Positions 1 through 9,068 of a stretch of DNA of 64,000 nt are shown here, piece by piece. Under the pieces are notes generated by a model that worked only from the letters and a program-made list of their open reading frames with translations, made no database searches and had not been told where the DNA came from. Position numbers and translations under genes: made by a program. Numbering within the stretch: the first letter of the stretch is position 1; every line of letters starts with the position of its first letter. The stretch comes from Promethearchaeota archaeon (GTDB taxonomy: Archaea; Asgardarchaeota; Lokiarchaeia; Sigyniarchaeales; SOKP01), in NCBI GenBank assembly GCA_048940645.1, contig JBHLOI010000011.1, positions 14,103 to 78,102 of the forward strand, read 5' to 3'.

Positions 1-442
1 AAATAAAAATTCCAAGAAAAAAACATAAAGCTACACAAGTTATAACGAAAAATGTTAAGAAAACATAATGAAAGTATTTTCCAATAACAAATTTCCATCT
101 TTTAACTGGTTTTGATAAGATTAAATCAATTGTCTTATTCTCGATTTCTTTTGGTATGTCTTGGGTTGTTTTCATTATAAAGTATAGTCCAAAATAAAAC
201 CAAGCTAAAGCAAACAGATAAACATTTATATAACCACTAAATATTGTTAATGAAAGGAAATCACCAACAAGTTGTTTTATCGCATCTGGATAACTATCAA
301 GAATATCTTCCATTCCAGCAAACAATTCGGGGTCGTAAAATGATACAAACCACATGAAAAATAATGAGAGCAATATTGTGAAGATTAGTATACCCTTATA
401 ATTATACTTTATCTCTTTTAGAATAATCTGGAAAACTTTCAT
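1..442 (-). CDS. ABC-2 type transporter permease (N-terminal part; gene runs off the window start)
   Basis: Minus-strand ATG at 442 overlaps the stop of the upstream ATPase gene (ATGA overlap). My hand translation is MKVFQIILKEIKYNYKGILIFTILLSLFFMWFV..., hydrophobic and multi-TM, in the usual ATPase-permease order. Confidence 0.6.
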   Translation of the reverse strand, partial: MKVFQIILKEIKYNYKGILIFTILLSLFFMWFVSFYDPELFAGMEDILDSYPDAIKQLVGDFLSLTIFSGYINVYLFALAWFYFGLYFIMKTTQDIPKEIENKTIDLILSKPVKRWKFVIGKYFHYVFLTFFVITCVALCFFLGIFI

Positions 443-1395
443 GCGATCTCACCTTTTTTGGTATTCGTATCTTTATAGTATTGTAAAAAAATACTTTCTA
501 AACTAGAATGCTGTATTGTAAAATCCTTTATTTCTTCGCCATTCCACTTTTTTTCACTAAGATCTTTTAAGATATCTCGCGTTTCTTTAGGTGGTAATAG
601 AAAAGAAATATGATCATCAAAACTATAGTTTATAACTACTTCTGGAAATGTAGAAGTTAAATATGAATGGAAAGTTTTCATCCCTGATTTTGTCGCAAAA
701 TCTAGCTCTATTTTTTTTAAGCTTTTCTCTTTAAGATCTTGAACATTAGAGATTTCTACAATTTTCCCTTCTTTTATAATAGCAACTCGATCACAAAATT
801 TTTCTACTTCTGGAAGAACATGACTAGATATAAATACAGTGCAATTAGATTCCTTTTGGCGTTCAGATATGATGCGATAAAACTCAGATTGCATTAAGGG
901 ATCTAATCCAGATGTTGGTTCATCCATAATTAAAAGATCAAACTTTCCCATAATTGCTGCTAAAACTCCTACTTTTTGTTTGTTTCCTTTGCTTAATTCG
1001 CCTATTTTCCTTTCCATATCTAGTTTTAAACGGTTTGCTACATCTTTAATGAAGTCCCAATCAATTTCCACATCATATAATTTTGCGAAGTAATTGATTA
1101 ATTGATAACCATTTAAATCTTTGTAAAGTCCTAATTCTCCTGGTAAATATCCAATACGGTTTCGAATTTCCACATCTACACTTGGATTTATTTTTTCTCC
1201 TAGAATAGTGATTTCTCCAGCATCAATTTGTAATAGACCAAGTAAGCAGCGTATCGTAGTAGTTTTTCCCGCTCCATTAGGACCTAAAAAACCAAAACGG
1301 GATCCTTGTGGAACATTAAAAGAAATATTTTCAACTCCTTTTACTTTACCACGATTATAGTATTTTTTAAGATTTTTTACTTCAATTACATTCAT
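439..1395 (-). CDS. ABC transporter ATP-binding protein
   Basis: Walker A 'GPNGAGKTT', signature-like 'LSKGNKQKV', Walker B 'LLIMDEPTSGLD', H-loop 'SSHVL'. Confidence 0.9.
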   Translation of the reverse strand: MNVIEVKNLKKYYNRGKVKGVENISFNVPQGSRFGFLGPNGAGKTTTIRCLLGLLQIDAGEITILGEKINPSVDVEIRNRIGYLPGELGLYKDLNGYQLINYFAKLYDVEIDWDFIKDVANRLKLDMERKIGELSKGNKQKVGVLAAIMGKFDLLIMDEPTSGLDPLMQSEFYRIISERQKESNCTVFISSHVLPEVEKFCDRVAIIKEGKIVEISNVQDLKEKSLKKIELDFATKSGMKTFHSYLTSTFPEVVINYSFDDHISFLLPPKETRDILKDLSEKKWNGEEIKDFTIQHSSLESIFLQYYKDTNTKKGEIA

Positions 1396-1555
1396 TTTTT
1401 ATTTCATATCCTCTAATGACTAGTTTAAAATTTTTATAGAAATTAATTCCTATTAATTGAATAGATAGAATAATATTTAAATATTTTCACATTTTTCGAA
1501 ATTCATGAAATATGAAAATATATAAATGTCAAAGATAATATGATTTAATTAGGAA

Positions 1556-2086
1556 ATGTTAAGTGAATCATTATCAAATCATATATTTAAAGGAAAATTA
1601 AAGGATTTTGAACAAGAATTAGTTAAATTTTTTTCAGACTTAACAGAAGAGGATCCAAAAGGAAATGCATATATCGATATTGCAGCATATTTATTTATCC
1701 ATAGAAATTTAACCCAAAAACAGTTAAAAGAATTAACAGGATTTTCAGTGGGGTCAATTTCTAATATTTTATCAATTTTGGAGAACACTGGAGTTATTGA
1801 GAAGAAACCAGTATTACTTATTCGCAAAAAGAAGAAAGTAAGAGTAAATACATATTCTTTAGGTAATAATAGGGATCTATTTTTAAAGTCGCAGAGGAGT
1901 AGACTAGCAAATGCATCCCAAACATATCAATTTATTTTATCAAAAAAGAAAGAGTTAGAAATATTTAAAAATCAAGATAAGAAAGGATATCAATTATTAT
2001 CAAGTAGAATAGAAGATATATTGAAATTTTTAGACAATATTAGCACACTTGTTAAATATTTTACAGAACCTTATCTTAATAAGTAA
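1556..2086 (+). CDS. Winged-helix (MarR/GbsR-like) transcriptional regulator
   Basis: HTH block 'LTQKQLKELTGFSVGSISNILSILENTGVIEK'. Its stop abuts the ATG of a paralog (TAA-ATG). Confidence 0.55.
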   Translation: MLSESLSNHIFKGKLKDFEQELVKFFSDLTEEDPKGNAYIDIAAYLFIHRNLTQKQLKELTGFSVGSISNILSILENTGVIEKKPVLLIRKKKKVRVNTYSLGNNRDLFLKSQRSRLANASQTYQFILSKKKELEIFKNQDKKGYQLLSSRIEDILKFLDNISTLVKYFTEPYLNK

Positions 2087-2623
2087 ATGGGAATTAAATT
2101 GTCAAGTAAAGAAACGTCAAATAAATTAGAAGTTTTAGATCCAGAAATAAAAGAAATTGAAGATCAAATTATTCAATTTCTAGTAACTAATTTATTTTAT
2201 AGATATAGCCATTATTCTGCAACGATACTGGCATACTTTCTTACAAGAGAAGGTCTCACCCAAAAACATCTTCAAAAGCTTACAGGTTTTTCAGCTGGAA
2301 AGATTTCTGAAGAATTAAATAGATTTATTAAAATAGGCTATATTGAGAGAAAGAAATTCATTAAAGGGCAATATATTTACAAAATGCCTGAAATTGGGCA
2401 ATTTTTTAGAAATATTTTTTTTGGAGTAAAGGAAAAAATGGTTAAATGGGAAAAACGTATTAAAGGAATTCAGAATGAACTAAAAAGGCAAAAAGATTTG
2501 CAAAATCTTAATGGTTATGATAAAATAAATGAAGCTATAAACCTATTCGTTCCTATTTTTGATATTTATCATACTTTTATGGAGCAATTAGATGATATTG
2601 AGAAAGATTTAATAGATAGTTAA
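2087..2623 (+). CDS. Winged-helix transcriptional regulator, tandem paralog of 1556..2086
   Basis: Same HTH block 'LTQKHLQKLTGFSAGKISEELNRFIKIGYIER' at the same relative position, and a similar length (178 vs 176 aa). Confidence 0.55.
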   Translation: MGIKLSSKETSNKLEVLDPEIKEIEDQIIQFLVTNLFYRYSHYSATILAYFLTREGLTQKHLQKLTGFSAGKISEELNRFIKIGYIERKKFIKGQYIYKMPEIGQFFRNIFFGVKEKMVKWEKRIKGIQNELKRQKDLQNLNGYDKINEAINLFVPIFDIYHTFMEQLDDIEKDLIDS

Positions 2624-2736
2624 GTTATAAGATATTAACTTTTCTATAGAATCTTTCTTTAATAGCTTATTGATTTAGAAACTTTATTAAATAATAAGAT
2701 TGAAAATAGTTTATATAAATCAAAAGAATTTTAAGA

Positions 2737-4545
2737 GTGTTTATAATGAGTAAAATACTTAGAATTGATTTAACCTCAAAACAATTGAAGATTGAGCAGG
2801 TTCCATCTTCCCTGGAAGAGGAATTTATAGGTGGAGCTGGAGTTGCAGCAGCAATTTTTGCACGAGAAGTACCAGCTGATATCGATCCGCTCAGTTCTGA
2901 AAATCTACTAATAGTTTCAGTTGGTCCAATATGTGGCACTACAGTTCCATATTGTGGACGTCATTTTGTTACGGCAAAATCTCCCTTAACGAATATTTTA
3001 GGTGAATCATCTGCTGGAGGTTTTTTTGGAAATGAACTAAAAAGAACTGGTTTTGATCATGTTATTATAAAAGGAAAGAGTGATAAACCAGTGTATATAT
3101 GGATTGAAAATGAAAAGGCAGAAATTAGAGATGCCGCTGGATTATGGGGGAAAAAAATACGAGAGACAGAAGATGCAATAAAAGAAGAACTCGGAGATAA
3201 TAAAGTCAAAATTGCTTCAATAGGACCGGCAGGTGAAAACCTTGTCAAGTTTGCTTCAATTATGAATGAAAAAGGCCATGCAGCTGGTCGTTGTGGTATG
3301 GGTGCTGTAATGGGAAGTAAAAAATTAAAGTCTATTGCTGTGCGTGGTACTAAAGGCGTACCGATTGAAGATGAAAATAAATTGTCTGAAGCTGTAAAAG
3401 AATTAAGAAAAATAGCAAAAGAATCACCTATGTCTCAAGTAATGCATGACTTTGGTACACTTATTCATATAGATAATTATGTTAGTGCTGGAGACGTTCC
3501 AATTAAAAATTTTTCTTTAAGCCGATGGAGTGGAACAAAAAAAATTGGAGTATATGCCTTATTTGAGGATCGTGAAGTACAACATTATGCTTGTTTTAAC
3601 TGTGCAACCGCATGCAGAGGAAGAATTAAATATAAAGAAGAATGGGTGGCATGGCCTGAATATGAATTTCTGGCTATGATGGGTTCCAATTTATATATTG
3701 ATGATTTAGAAGCCATAATTAAATGGAATGTGATGGTAAATGATTTAGGGATTGATTGTATTTCTCTGGGTGGAATTCTTGGAGTTTTTCTTGAAGCCTT
3801 AGAGAGAAATCTACTTGATATTGATTATAATAAACTTGGGTTTGAAAAAGACGCCGAAACAGAGCAGTATAAAATTTGGGGGGCTACTAAAGCGATTGAG
3901 AAATTGATTGAAATGATTGCCTATCGGGAGGATATTGGAAATGACATAGCTGAAGGTACAAAGAGCTTCTGTCAAAATAAAAAATTACCAGAAGATCTTC
4001 ATCTCCATGGTAAGGGGCTCGAAATACCTGCCCATGAACCTCGTGCGAATAATATGACAGCATTAGATCTTGCTACATCTTCCCGTGGAGCATATCATTG
4101 CTTTGAACCTTTACATTTATCATTTGCAGCACACTTTAAAAAAGAACTAGAACTTACAGAAAGGATTGATCCTTTCTGTGTAGATGAGGCTGTAAATGCT
4201 GTTAAAAGAATTCAAGATGCATGTGAAGCATATGTGGCAACTGGTGGTTGTATATTTGGTTTTTGGTATGCGACTGAGATTTCTCCCTGGGTGAATGCGC
4301 TAAATGCAATAACAGGACGATTATATACAGTTGAAGATTGGGTACAAATTGGTGAGAATCTATTCAATATGAAACGAGAATACAATTTACAATGTGGTAT
4401 CACAAGTAAAGATGACTCTATAGGTTCAAGATTCTCTATTCCTATTCCAAAAGGGGGGACTAAGAAGAATGTACCTCCTTTAGAGGATATGGTGAAAAAA
4501 TATTATAAGATGCGGAACTGGGATTCCGAAGGAAAACCATTTTAA
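2737..4545 (+). CDS. aor: Aldehyde:ferredoxin oxidoreductase family (tungstopterin, 4Fe-4S)
   Basis: N-terminus 'ILRIDLTSKQLKIEQVP..EEFIGGAGVAAAIF', 'GRCGMGAVMGSKKLKSIAV', and the Fe-S ligand pattern 'CFNCATAC' (CxxCxxxC). The listed ORF starts at GTG 2737; ATG 2746 (MSKIL...) is the more likely start. Confidence 0.9.
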   Translation: MFIMSKILRIDLTSKQLKIEQVPSSLEEEFIGGAGVAAAIFAREVPADIDPLSSENLLIVSVGPICGTTVPYCGRHFVTAKSPLTNILGESSAGGFFGNELKRTGFDHVIIKGKSDKPVYIWIENEKAEIRDAAGLWGKKIRETEDAIKEELGDNKVKIASIGPAGENLVKFASIMNEKGHAAGRCGMGAVMGSKKLKSIAVRGTKGVPIEDENKLSEAVKELRKIAKESPMSQVMHDFGTLIHIDNYVSAGDVPIKNFSLSRWSGTKKIGVYALFEDREVQHYACFNCATACRGRIKYKEEWVAWPEYEFLAMMGSNLYIDDLEAIIKWNVMVNDLGIDCISLGGILGVFLEALERNLLDIDYNKLGFEKDAETEQYKIWGATKAIEKLIEMIAYREDIGNDIAEGTKSFCQNKKLPEDLHLHGKGLEIPAHEPRANNMTALDLATSSRGAYHCFEPLHLSFAAHFKKELELTERIDPFCVDEAVNAVKRIQDACEAYVATGGCIFGFWYATEISPWVNALNAITGRLYTVEDWVQIGENLFNMKREYNLQCGITSKDDSIGSRFSIPIPKGGTKKNVPPLEDMVKKYYKMRNWDSEGKPF

Positions 4546-4566
4546 ATTTTTCTTTTTTTTAAAAAA
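4546..4566. terminator. Oligo-T / oligo-A tract between convergent genes (possible bidirectional archaeal terminator)
   Basis: 'atttttctttttttttaaaaaa' lies directly after the AOR stop and before the stop of the convergent 4580..6562 gene. Confidence 0.3.
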
Positions 4567-4579
4567 TTGAGAATGCGCT

Positions 4580-6562
4580 TTATATTTTAACAAAAAGGTG
4601 TAGAGCGGCCCCTACTCCAAGTGCATTTGATATTACCGCTGAAAAGAATAATTGAATAATATTAAATGAACTAAAAATCACAGCACCAAATGATTTGGTA
4701 TACTGAAATATAAGTGTATTTTGAATAACTACTATCAGTAATATTATGTAAGTAAAAAGCACAGAAGGGAAGAAAATCCAAGACCATGTTAAAGACATTA
4801 AATTTACTAGCACGTATATCGCTATGATGATAGTAACTTTAGATTTTAATCCTTCATTTTTAAGAAAATTTAATTGAGGGTAAACGACTTTTCTAAATAA
4901 AATTTCTATTGAAAAATAAATTGGAAACACTGTGACTGAACCTATAAGGAAGTTAATGTAATTAGAAGGCCACATAAAAGCAAATGGATAAGAATAAGAG
5001 AAGATTAAATATAATATTATAAAATATAAGGAACATACTAAAGAATATAAAAAATATTTATATTTTACCTTGAACTTGAAAAGATTTTTGAAATCAGTCT
5101 TAATATCTTTTCTCTCTGTGCTTTTCAAATAAACTCTAAAACCTATAATCGTGAAGGTAATTGTTATTGCTGTTAAAATAATAAATACAATACTTATCGG
5201 TAAAATATAGGTGTGTATTGGATGAGTTGGAGAAAAAGAAAAGATAAAATAAATTGAAATAAAATAAATTGAGTATATTACCAATAAGATAAGAGTCCTT
5301 AAACTTACTTGAGTTGTAAGAAGTTCTTTAAGGTTGATTTTTCCCACATCTTTTTTATATTTTTTCAAATAAATAGCCGATTCAACTATCCCAAATAGCA
5401 AGATGATATTTAAGGAGGCGAGAAAAATACCTGGTAAACCAAATATCCTTTCAAATATCTCCCAATTTAATATGAATGCTGCCAAGAAGAAAATGATTTT
5501 TATTACTCTGAAAACAATTTTAAGTTTGGATAACTTTTCTTCTACGCTAGGTTTGAATAGTCTACTTGCCATTTCTTTAGTTTCTGATTCGTGATTGGTT
5601 TGTTGATTTTTAGAGAAAAATTTTGCAGAATAGGAAATTAATAACAAGCATATTAAGAATAAAAGCCCTAGGGTGAAGATTATAACTATATAATTAACCA
5701 TAAAAGTAATTATAATAGGACCATTAATTGTTTCTGATCCAAAGAAATTTTCTTCAAACCAATTAATAGATTCAATGATTACAATATCATCAAGTAATTG
5801 ATGTCCTCCTCCTATTAGTGGATGCGTAATTTTAATTACTTCACATCCAGTTAAATTTTGAGCAACACCTGCCTGATTTTCGAAATTCAATAACTCATCA
5901 TGTTCATGCATAATTATGAGTAAATTATGAGTGTTTGTAGTATTCATAAGCTGAGCTGGTACATATTTGTTATAATCGCTTGTCTCAAATATCCCTACTT
6001 CTTGAGGATCAAAATTTACAAGTGGAGCCCATGCTACGGTAACATTGAAACGAAGATCTAAAGCTTGATTCATAAGTACAACCATGCCCCCTAAAGAATG
6101 TCCTATTAAACCAATCTGAGAAGAGTTGACATTAGCATAAAATGGTAAAGTCTCTAATTTGTTTAATAGGTTGGAGCAAGCTAGAGCTAAAGCAGGAATT
6201 CCACTCGGATCAATATCTGAAATACTTCCTCCACTTTCACCATGTCCATGGTAATCAAGTGCGGCGACATAAAAACCCCTTTTAGTGAACTCTATGGGAA
6301 CCCTTAAATCAAAATCTCTCTGACTCCCAAGTCCATGACAATAAATAAGTAATGGTCTATTATTTTGGAAGTCTAAAGTCTTTGAAGGGTAAAATAAATT
6401 GGCATATAATGTTGAACCACTGGATTGGAATTCTATTCTTTCATACTTAGAATAGCTCAGATTTTTATTAAAATGTAAATATATTAATAATCCTGTTAAT
6501 AATCCTATTAAAATTAAAATTCTCTTAAAAAATTTGATATCTTGTTTACTTATCTTATCCAT
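4580..6562 (-). CDS. Alpha/beta-hydrolase domain fused to a polytopic membrane domain
   Basis: N-terminal TM segment, then 'LLIYCHGLGS', 'DYHGHGESGG' and the nucleophile elbow 'GHSLGG'. The C-terminal ~380 aa is almost entirely hydrophobic helices. Confidence 0.6.
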   Translation of the reverse strand: MDKISKQDIKFFKRILILIGLLTGLLIYLHFNKNLSYSKYERIEFQSSGSTLYANLFYPSKTLDFQNNRPLLIYCHGLGSQRDFDLRVPIEFTKRGFYVAALDYHGHGESGGSISDIDPSGIPALALACSNLLNKLETLPFYANVNSSQIGLIGHSLGGMVVLMNQALDLRFNVTVAWAPLVNFDPQEVGIFETSDYNKYVPAQLMNTTNTHNLLIIMHEHDELLNFENQAGVAQNLTGCEVIKITHPLIGGGHQLLDDIVIIESINWFEENFFGSETINGPIIITFMVNYIVIIFTLGLLFLICLLLISYSAKFFSKNQQTNHESETKEMASRLFKPSVEEKLSKLKIVFRVIKIIFFLAAFILNWEIFERIFGLPGIFLASLNIILLFGIVESAIYLKKYKKDVGKINLKELLTTQVSLRTLILLVIYSIYFISIYFIFSFSPTHPIHTYILPISIVFIILTAITITFTIIGFRVYLKSTERKDIKTDFKNLFKFKVKYKYFLYSLVCSLYFIILYLIFSYSYPFAFMWPSNYINFLIGSVTVFPIYFSIEILFRKVVYPQLNFLKNEGLKSKVTIIIAIYVLVNLMSLTWSWIFFPSVLFTYIILLIVVIQNTLIFQYTKSFGAVIFSSFNIIQLFFSAVISNALGVGAALHLFVKI

Positions 6563-6722
6563 CTTTATTTAATTTTAGATTTCAAAATATTTAATATTTT
6601 TAATTTCGTATGATAGAAATATGACGATTAGGGTAAAATTATTTAAACTCCTCATTTTACTAACAATTTAAGAAAAAAAATAATTACTTTTCGATAAAGG
6701 TAGATTAAGCGTATCTTTTAAC

Positions 6723-7259
6723 ATGTCTGACGAAACAAAAAGACAATTAGTTTTTAAACTCGTTGTTCTAGGAGATAGTGCAGTAGGTAAAACCTCTCTA
6801 ATAAATCGATATGTAGAGCATACTTTTGAAAAAGACTACAAACCTTCATTAGGAGTTGACATAATAATTAAAGAATTAGATATAGAAGACTTGAACGCGA
6901 AGATTAGATTAATTCTTTGGGATATTGCAGGTCAAACTAAATATGATCTCTCGCGTAAATTGTTTTTCCAAGGATCTCAAGGTGCCTTATTAGTATATGA
7001 TATAACTAGACCAAAAACATTTGAAAATATTGACAAAAAGTGGCTAAATGACCTTAAAAAATTTGGAAAAAAAGAACTTGTATATCTATTAATAGGCAAT
7101 AAAAATGATTTAGAAGATTTAAGAAAAATACCCACAGATACAGGGATAGAATTAGCGAACAAATTAAAAGCTAGTGAATTCATTGAAACGAGTGCTAAGT
7201 CAGGTGAGAATGTTGAAAAAGCATTTGAGAATTTAGTTTATGCGCTCATGAAAAAATAA
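6723..7259 (+). CDS. Ras/Rab-like small GTPase
   Basis: G1 'GDSAVGKTS', G3 'WDIAGQ', G4 'GNKNDL', G5 'ETSAKSG'. It is 178 aa and has no C-terminal Cys prenylation motif. Confidence 0.85.
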   Translation: MSDETKRQLVFKLVVLGDSAVGKTSLINRYVEHTFEKDYKPSLGVDIIIKELDIEDLNAKIRLILWDIAGQTKYDLSRKLFFQGSQGALLVYDITRPKTFENIDKKWLNDLKKFGKKELVYLLIGNKNDLEDLRKIPTDTGIELANKLKASEFIETSAKSGENVEKAFENLVYALMKK

Positions 7260-7261
7260 AT

Positions 7262-7507
7262 CTATTTGATAAATTCCTTCATGACCATATGAGTGTTAGA
7301 TTCCTCAATTCCTTGAATCATATCAATTTTATCTGCAAAAATTTGATATAATTCCTCAGGTGTTTCTACAACTATTTCGGCTAAAACATCATAATCTCCC
7401 GTTAAAGACATAATTTTAGTGATCTGGGGAACTTTTTTTAATTCTTCAATTACCGGTTTTATTACACTTATCCCTAATTTACATAAAATAATTGCCTTGA
7501 TTGTCAT
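7262..7507 (-). CDS. Stand-alone Lrp/AsnC-type ligand-binding (RAM) domain protein
   Basis: 81 aa with the 'SLTGDYDVLAEIVVETPEELYQIF..IQGIEESNTHMV' pattern typical of the AsnC C-terminal domain. No HTH is present. Confidence 0.65.
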   Translation of the reverse strand: MTIKAIILCKLGISVIKPVIEELKKVPQITKIMSLTGDYDVLAEIVVETPEELYQIFADKIDMIQGIEESNTHMVMKEFIK

Positions 7508-7525
7508 AATTTTACTCCTCCTTTT

Positions 7526-8848
7526 TTATTCAATTGATATTTTTTGAATTTTATTGATAAATAAAATATCAATATTTTCAATTTCTTTTAATGGTTTTAA
7601 TCGTCTATTTACAAGATTATAGAAATCTTTAATAGAAGTTATTTTTACATCTAAAAATAAATCATGTTTTCCAATTAAAGCGGAAATCGATGTCACCCCA
7701 TAATACTTAAACACTCTTATCGCAACCTTTTTAATTGAACCTTTTTTTATTTTTAGTAGTAAGACGGCATGAACCAAATTTTTTACCTCATGAGAGTATC
7801 TAAGAATAAAAGTAAATGCTAGTAGAAAAATTACTATTATCAATAATTCATAAGGAAAATATTCATTTACAAAGATGACAGCAAAAATAATAGAGCCCAT
7901 AGGATCAATTAAATTTAAAATACTGCTCCATTGACTATAAGTTAAATTTTGAGATTTCCAATTAACATTAGCAATAAAGACGAAGAGGTATGGGATAATT
8001 GTTGAAAAGATTATTAAAAAAATAATCTCCCATCTACCTAGAATGAGTAAAAGAATCCTAAATTGGCAAAAGAAAGTAGATACTTCATAAGTCAGATCAG
8101 TTTCTACAGGTAAGAAATATATGATGAATGCAAGTGGTATCATACAAACTACTCCTAATAAAAATGAAATTGCCATTTTAATGAGAAATCGAGGTATTTT
8201 ATAATCCTTATTTTTATTAATAATGCTAATTTCTTCCGTTGAATACGCATCTCTGTTAATAACTATATAAAGAAAAGAAATGGAAATACTAAAAATTAGT
8301 AAATAAATTATCCCATTTAACATGATAGGTTTCCCTTTTAATGTAGCTCCGGTATTTCCCACAAATATTAATATTATGATTGAAAATACTAAAATTAATA
8401 TATACAATACCTTGAATATGTCAAATTTCTCAAAATTTACCCCCTTTTCATAGAATGCAATGAAAATTACACTTAAAAGAAACCCAATCATCGTAAATGT
8501 AATTGAAGTAGTTTTTAACGTTAAAAAGAAAAATATAATGTTTAGAATTACTCCAAAAAATCCTAAATAAAGGTAATATGATATGTTTTTTATGTCAAAA
8601 AATCTTCTGTTCTTATGAAATAGATTTTCAAATAGAAATCTAACTGAAATTGATCTCCTTTGTGTAAATCTATTGTTAATTAATACTAGAATTAGAGCTA
8701 GAATTAATAATACAAATCCGGAAATCAGAAATCTCAAAAATATAACCATAATAATTGAAACTTCTATGAATAAATCAGATACTATTATTGGAATAAAGCT
8801 CCATAATAGATTTGCCAAAATTATATTGATAATTAGCTTGTTTTGCAT
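7526..8848 (-). CDS. DMT/EamA-like permease with a C-terminal RAM-like domain
   Basis: About 10 TM helices, starting 'IILANLLWSFIPIIVSD'. The last ~85 aa, 'HAVLLLKIKKGSIKKVAIRVFKYYGVTSISALIGKHDLFLDVKITSIKDFYNLV', have the RAM-domain layout. Confidence 0.5.
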   Translation of the reverse strand: MQNKLIINIILANLLWSFIPIIVSDLFIEVSIIMVIFLRFLISGFVLLILALILVLINNRFTQRRSISVRFLFENLFHKNRRFFDIKNISYYLYLGFFGVILNIIFFFLTLKTTSITFTMIGFLLSVIFIAFYEKGVNFEKFDIFKVLYILILVFSIIILIFVGNTGATLKGKPIMLNGIIYLLIFSISISFLYIVINRDAYSTEEISIINKNKDYKIPRFLIKMAISFLLGVVCMIPLAFIIYFLPVETDLTYEVSTFFCQFRILLLILGRWEIIFLIIFSTIIPYLFVFIANVNWKSQNLTYSQWSSILNLIDPMGSIIFAVIFVNEYFPYELLIIVIFLLAFTFILRYSHEVKNLVHAVLLLKIKKGSIKKVAIRVFKYYGVTSISALIGKHDLFLDVKITSIKDFYNLVNRRLKPLKEIENIDILFINKIQKISIE

Positions 8849-9068
8849 TATTTCAAATAAATTTTTAGAGTCAACATTTTAGATGTAATAAATAAAGATC
8901 ATAGAATTTCCTATAATTTGAATATTTTTGTTAAACATAAATCTACTAAAACTAGTGTCATTCCCATCTATTTCCCAACTCTCTTTAGAGTAAAAAATCG
9001 AAAACTTTAATCTTAAATAAGATTTTTAATTTAATGAATTTCTAATAAAAATAGATGTGTGAAATTTT

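Noticed and set aside
4580-5000. A possible CPBP/CAAX-protease (Abi-like) domain at the C-terminus of the hydrolase-membrane fusion, suggested by 'SIEILFRK'.
   Set aside because: Only one Glu of the EExxxR motif is present, and I could not find the following FxxxH and HxxxN/D motifs. The resemblance is too weak.
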